This document shows positions 8,281 through 11,692 of a DNA stretch of 11,692 bases, piece after piece (the stretch's first letter is position 1; each line of letters opens with the position of its first letter). Both the position numbers and the translations under genes were made by a program. The stretch is from a virus (Monodnaviria; Loebvirae; Hofneiviricota; Faserviricetes; Tubulavirales; Inoviridae): the IMG/VR virus record IMGVR_UViG_2563366980_000001; one strand, given 5' to 3'. The notes beneath the pieces are model-generated. The model was not told the origin of the DNA, did not search any database, and saw only the letters and a program-made list of their open reading frames with translations.

Positions 8281-8703
8281 ATGAGTAGAAATAACGAAAC
8301 AAGCGGCGTTGAACTGGTTGTCGTGGGCATATTTGCTTTCTGTCTGGCAGTTGTTGCCTGGCTAATGAAAACTTTCGATGTTGAATGGCAAACAGCTCTG
8401 GAAACTGCGCCTAGCCTGATAGTCTGGCTGCTTGTTGTTGGGGCGGGGATCTTTTTCGGGATCAAAATGGAAACAGGTCTTGTTCGCTGGGGTGCTCCAC
8501 TGGCGATTGCCCTTCTGATTCCGGTATTCAAACCAATCCTTAAGGAAGCTGCCGGAGTACGTGAAACGGGTGGATTGGTTTTCGATGATATGGTTTCGTG
8601 GTATGGAACTGGCTGGGGAATGTCGTTGATGTTTTTCGGAATTCTTATCATCGGATACGGGCTGCTTTATTGGTGGCACAGAAGAAATTCATATCACTGG
8701 TAA
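8281..8703 (+). CDS. hypothetical integral membrane protein with four predicted TM helices, 140 aa (cargo gene 1)
   Basis: Four hydrophobic segments of about 18-20 residues (VELVVVGIFAFCLAVVAWL, LIVWLLVVGAGIFFGI, WGAPLAIALLIPVF, MSLMFFGILIIGYGLLYWW). AAAAAGGA/AAAGG SD-like sequence just upstream of ATG. Not part of the canonical filamentous-phage gene set. No family recognised. Confidence 0.6.
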   Translation: MSRNNETSGVELVVVGIFAFCLAVVAWLMKTFDVEWQTALETAPSLIVWLLVVGAGIFFGIKMETGLVRWGAPLAIALLIPVFKPILKEAAGVRETGGLVFDDMVSWYGTGWGMSLMFFGILIIGYGLLYWWHRRNSYHW

Positions 8704-8707
8704 TTTC

Positions 8708-8729
8708 AAACCGTGGGAAACCACGGTTT
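8708..8729 (+). other. Perfect stem-loop with GAAA tetraloop between the two cargo genes
   Basis: AAACCGTGG-GAAA-CCACGGTTT (9-bp perfect stem) starting 5 nt after the stop of cargo gene 1. No downstream U-tract, so not a canonical intrinsic terminator. Confidence 0.45.
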
Positions 8730-8795
8730 AATAAGAGGAAACTGAACCCTATCAGTTCCACAATGGAAAAATTGTGCTGCAAACAACTTACTTAA

Positions 8796-9920
8796 TTGGA
8801 TATCAACCAAATGAATGCACTTCTAGGGAAAATTGCAGGAGCAGTAGCAACCTTCTTTGTTGCTCTTATTTTGAATAAATTTTTTTCAACATTTCGTATT
8901 AGACAACTTTACTTAGCATATGAACATATATTAGAGCACACAACACAAAGCATAACTGGATATACAGTCATGTTCACAGTTACGAACAAAGGAAAAGAGA
9001 AAGAAAAAAACGTAACCATTACAATACCAAAAAGCAAGTCGATATCTCTTATCTCAGCTAATAATGTTAGCATTGAATGTAAAGATAACAAAATAATCAT
9101 TGACCGCATCCTGCCAAAGGAAAATATTACTTTGATTGTTTTGGTTAAAAATGGTGGCGTTCTATCGAAGTCTAACTTACCAATATTGAAATCTGAAGAT
9201 GCTAATGGAAAGTGTTATGACAGCATAAAGAAAATACCACCTAGCCTTGGCCCTGCTTTCTTCAGCTTTTCATTGTTTATTGCATTTTTAGTATTAATGG
9301 GAGGAGCCATATACAAAGGTTACGATCCCTTTGAAGTAACATATACGCAATATTTCAAAATGAGATTCACTCCTTTCTATGATAGAGGTTTTGAAAATAA
9401 TTCATTCCAAAATAACTCCCTTACAAAACAATATGATACATCAAAATCAGACTTCCCGATTGATCTAAAGAGTCTTAATGTGAAGGATGGGAAAATCGAG
9501 TATGTTTTCATTATTGATAATAAAACCAACTATAACCTTAGTGCGGACATGAAATTTATAGTTAGAGATGAAAACCAATATTATGATGAGTTGGGAAAAG
9601 TATTGAACATTAGGAATGACGCTGATAGACGTCAAGCTTTACACGAACTAAGAGATAAATATCATGTTGCTGAAGATACTACAGGTGCTACATATTCAAT
9701 AAGTGAATGGATTGATAAGGGACAAAGAAAAGAAATAAAAATGACTCGCCAGTTGTCGAAAGGCATCGATTATAAGGATCTCGGTGTTGATATAAGGATA
9801 AGGAATGATGCAAATGATGATAATTATTACGGCGACTATCAATTTAAACCGGAACGCTCAGCAATAGCTAAAAATAAATTGGATGCAGCAATTGCTACTC
9901 AACGTTTTCCGTTGAAATAG
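8796..9920 (+). CDS. hypothetical membrane-anchored protein, 374 aa, AT-rich (cargo gene 2)
   Basis: Long ORF in markedly AT-rich DNA with Lys/Asn/Ile/Asp-rich product. Predicted N-terminal TM helix (residues ~9-30) and a second hydrophobic helix (~152-172), a beta-rich region between them and a ~200-aa hydrophilic C-terminal domain. The first codon at 8796 is TTG; the first ATG is at 8811 (MNALLGK...). Neither has a strong SD. Followed by a strong terminator. No family recognised. Confidence 0.65.
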   Translation: MDINQMNALLGKIAGAVATFFVALILNKFFSTFRIRQLYLAYEHILEHTTQSITGYTVMFTVTNKGKEKEKNVTITIPKSKSISLISANNVSIECKDNKIIIDRILPKENITLIVLVKNGGVLSKSNLPILKSEDANGKCYDSIKKIPPSLGPAFFSFSLFIAFLVLMGGAIYKGYDPFEVTYTQYFKMRFTPFYDRGFENNSFQNNSLTKQYDTSKSDFPIDLKSLNVKDGKIEYVFIIDNKTNYNLSADMKFIVRDENQYYDELGKVLNIRNDADRRQALHELRDKYHVAEDTTGATYSISEWIDKGQRKEIKMTRQLSKGIDYKDLGVDIRIRNDANDDNYYGDYQFKPERSAIAKNKLDAAIATQRFPLK

Positions 9921-9959
9921 TTGAGATTTTTGGTTCGCACAATGACGTTATGCTAAAGA

Positions 9960-9995
9960 GGCCGCTGCGGGATTCGATTTTCGCAGCGGCCTTTT
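9960..9995 (+). terminator. Rho-independent terminator ending the cargo operon
   Basis: GGCCGCTGCG-(12-nt loop)-CGCAGCGGCC, a 10-bp perfect GC-rich stem (9960-9969 / 9982-9991) followed by TTTT (9992-9995). Begins 40 nt after the stop of the 374-aa ORF. Confidence 0.8.
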
Positions 9996-10025
9996 CAACA
10001 TAACGAGTCGTACATTATGCGCACC
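9993..10025 (-). other. dif-like hybrid attachment site (right prophage junction)
   Basis: Minus strand reads GGTGCGCATAA-TGTACGACTCG-TTATGTTGAAA. The XerC arm is 11/11 identical to dif, the spacer is 11 bp instead of 6, and the XerD-like arm matches TTATGTTAAAT at 9/11. Same orientation as the canonical dif at 411-438. About 78 bp from the hipA stop. Confidence 0.7.
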
Positions 10026-10103
10026 AACATAAACCAAGGGAGAATCCAGTCGTTGGCGGTTCATGATTGTTCTGCTCATTAACAACGACCAAAACCCCAT
10101 ATC

Positions 10104-11426
10104 TTACTTAATACCGTATTCTCGGCTTAACCGACCGTGCAACCTCAACACATTGGTTTCAACTGCCGTCACCACGTTCTCCGGAAAATCTGTCGGTAAT
10201 GAAGTCTTCACGTTATCCAGTGCTGCCGGAATCATTCTGGCAAAGTCACTCAGGATTTCATGCATCTGCACTTCCGGGAATTTCAGCACCTTTGCTGTCG
10301 CCAGAAAATGTCGCGGATAAATTTTATCGATTGCCGTTTTTTTGCCTTTGGATGCGTTAAGCCCCATTGCCAGTTTGAGATCGCTGATGTGTATTCCCGT
10401 ACCGCCAAGGACCGGAAATGCCGAAATGATGTCATAAAATGGTGTGAGCCGATAACTGCCGCCAGCCTGAATAAATACGGAGAAGTTTTTTGCATGGCCA
10501 TCTGTTGCGCCAATCAACCACTGGAAGACCTGAAACTTCATAAAATCATAGCGATCTTTCAGCGCCTCGCTGGACCCCATCAAAAAAGCCATAATTTGCG
10601 CGATACCGGGGCCTCCATCTGATTCATATTTCACCGATGAAGGTAAACCGAATGTCTGGCACATATCCTCCTGTGGCAAGCGAAGTAAAACCGTTCGCTC
10701 AGTATTCCAACGCCTGTCAAAACGTTTGACCGCTAACGCGCGCACCCTTCCCGCTTTAATGATTTCTGCGTCCGGAACATTCAACCCGAGTTCTTTCGCC
10801 AGCAGCAAACAGTAATACTCATTATCAACGCTTTGGCTAAGATCGAGCGTCGCATTGGGCTGTCTGATTTCGCCAATCGGCAATTTGATAATGTGCGTCG
10901 TTGGCGTTATTCCCTTCGGAATGCACCAGTCATTGCCTATTCTGAGCAGCGCAGTCTTCTCCTGTGCGCCAGCAACCGAGATGCGAAAGTCATTTTCTTC
11001 TCTAATCATGCCTAACGGGATATCTGCTTTATAAGCCGTTAATACTTCTTCAAGTCTGGCTTCAGTAAGCTTTTCCCATGCCATTATCGGACACATTACG
11101 GTTTCATCTTCGGGGATTAACGTCACGGCACCAACGCTGTCTCGCCCTATTTCTGACAATAAATCAAACGGTTGTCTGGATTTAGCATGATAACGTTTAA
11201 CGATCCGGTCACGTACAATCGGGCTATCGGGTAACAGGTTATCGAAGAAGTTAAATACGGCATCAGAGGTGATATTCCTCCTCTGCAATGGCAGCGAAAG
11301 TGACAACGGTCTGGCATAACGGCTGGCTAACCACTCAGGTGCATACTTAAAGGTGTGCGCGCCGTTGGCTAACTTCGTTAACTCGCCTACCCGCTGGTTG
11401 TTCATCCAAGTGACTAGTTTAGGCAT
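10104..11426 (-). CDS. hipA: HipA serine/threonine kinase toxin (type II TA system), 440 aa
   Basis: Translation from the ATG at 11426 (MPKLVTWMNNQRVGELTKLANGAHTFKYAPEWLASRYARPLSLSLPLQR...) is recognisably near-identical to E. coli HipA as I recall it. The start overlaps the hipB stop (ATGA). The ORF-track entry begins 19 codons further upstream in frame, but those codons overlap hipB. Confidence 0.95.
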   Translation of the reverse strand: MPKLVTWMNNQRVGELTKLANGAHTFKYAPEWLASRYARPLSLSLPLQRRNITSDAVFNFFDNLLPDSPIVRDRIVKRYHAKSRQPFDLLSEIGRDSVGAVTLIPEDETVMCPIMAWEKLTEARLEEVLTAYKADIPLGMIREENDFRISVAGAQEKTALLRIGNDWCIPKGITPTTHIIKLPIGEIRQPNATLDLSQSVDNEYYCLLLAKELGLNVPDAEIIKAGRVRALAVKRFDRRWNTERTVLLRLPQEDMCQTFGLPSSVKYESDGGPGIAQIMAFLMGSSEALKDRYDFMKFQVFQWLIGATDGHAKNFSVFIQAGGSYRLTPFYDIISAFPVLGGTGIHISDLKLAMGLNASKGKKTAIDKIYPRHFLATAKVLKFPEVQMHEILSDFARMIPAALDNVKTSLPTDFPENVVTAVETNVLRLHGRLSREYGIK

Positions 11427-11692
11427 CACCACTCCAGATCTTGCTGTTCTGTTGCTTCTGGCGAGGCATTTTTTGCGTCGCATAGCGTCATTGAGAGTTC
11501 AAGCGACTGTAAAATCTTAAAAAATGTCGTGAGCGAGGTATTGTTAGGATTGTTTTCGAAATTGGAAATTGTCGCCTGCTTAATGCCGATTTTTTTCGCC
11601 AACTCGCTCTGCGTCCAGCCGTTTTGCTGGCGAACCAGTTTCATTGCATTCGCCAATTGCATTGGGCTATAGATCTTCTGAAAGCTCATCAT
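11426..11692 (-). CDS. hipB: HipB antitoxin, HTH (XRE-type) DNA-binding protein, 88 aa
   Basis: MMSFQKIYSPMQLANAMKLVRQQNGWTQSELAKKIGIKQATISNFEN... matches E. coli HipB. The start codon lies at the window edge (11690-11692). The stop overlaps the hipA start. Confidence 0.95.
   Translation of the reverse strand: MMSFQKIYSPMQLANAMKLVRQQNGWTQSELAKKIGIKQATISNFENNPNNTSLTTFFKILQSLELSMTLCDAKNASPEATEQQDLEW

Larger units (their letters stand above)
411..10025 (-). mobile_element. Integrated filamentous prophage (Inovirus-type, Xer-dependent integration) including both bounding dif-type sites
   Basis: Contiguous minus-strand modules for replication, ssDNA binding, coat, adsorption, assembly and secretin, with a divergent XRE repressor. 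No integrase ORF. Flanked by a canonical dif (411-438) and a dif-like hybrid site (9993-10025) in the same orientation. Confidence 0.8.

Noticed and set aside
8241-8795. ORFs 8241-8651 (-), 8362-8679 (-) and 8598-8795 (+) overlapping cargo gene 1
   Set aside because: They are antisense to or out of frame with the four-TM membrane protein ORF, which has a coherent hydropathy pattern and an SD. The 8241-8651 product is Pro/Thr/Ser-rich with no start context.
8762-8795. 10-codon mini-ORF (MEKLCCKQLT) upstream of cargo gene 2 as an independent small protein gene
   Set aside because: Too short, with no SD. It is mentioned only as possible translational coupling or leader and is not annotated as a CDS.
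10063-11015. Plus-strand ORFs 10063-10320, 10260-10622 and 10833-11015, and minus-strand ORF 10283-10513, all overlapping hipA
   Set aside because: All lie inside the confidently identified hipA coding region in other frames or antisense. They are spurious frames, not genes.
1-11692. CRISPR arrays, tRNA/rRNA genes, integrase or transposase genes, insertion-sequence inverted repeats
   Set aside because: I found no regularly spaced direct repeats, no tRNA-like structures and no ORF resembling a tyrosine or serine recombinase or a transposase. Absence of an integrase fits Xer-dependent integration.

Overview
This window appears to be an enterobacterial (E. coli-like) chromosomal terminus region carrying a complete filamentous (Inovirus-type) prophage inserted at the dif site, next to the hipBA toxin-antitoxin operon. 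Coordinates 411-438 are an exact 28-bp match to the E. coli dif sequence; 9993-10025 is a hybrid dif-like site with an exact XerC arm but an 11-bp spacer. Between them, on the minus strand, lies a full filamentous-phage gene set: replication initiator, ssDNA-binding protein, small membrane protein, major coat protein, pIII-like adsorption protein, pVI-like protein, pI/Zot-like assembly NTPase and pIV secretin. No integrase is present, which fits Xer-mediated integration. A divergent XRE-family repressor sits upstream of the replication gene. The most interesting part is a plus-strand cargo cassette (8281-9920) between the repressor and the att site: a 140-aa four-helix membrane protein and an AT-rich 374-aa membrane-anchored protein, neither of which I can assign to any family. 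I regard this as the best candidate for an undescribed accessory system, possibly exclusion, defence or lysogenic conversion. The 439-1309 segment between pIV and dif is unassigned. All calls rest on reading the sequence and ORF translations by eye; no searches or computations were run.
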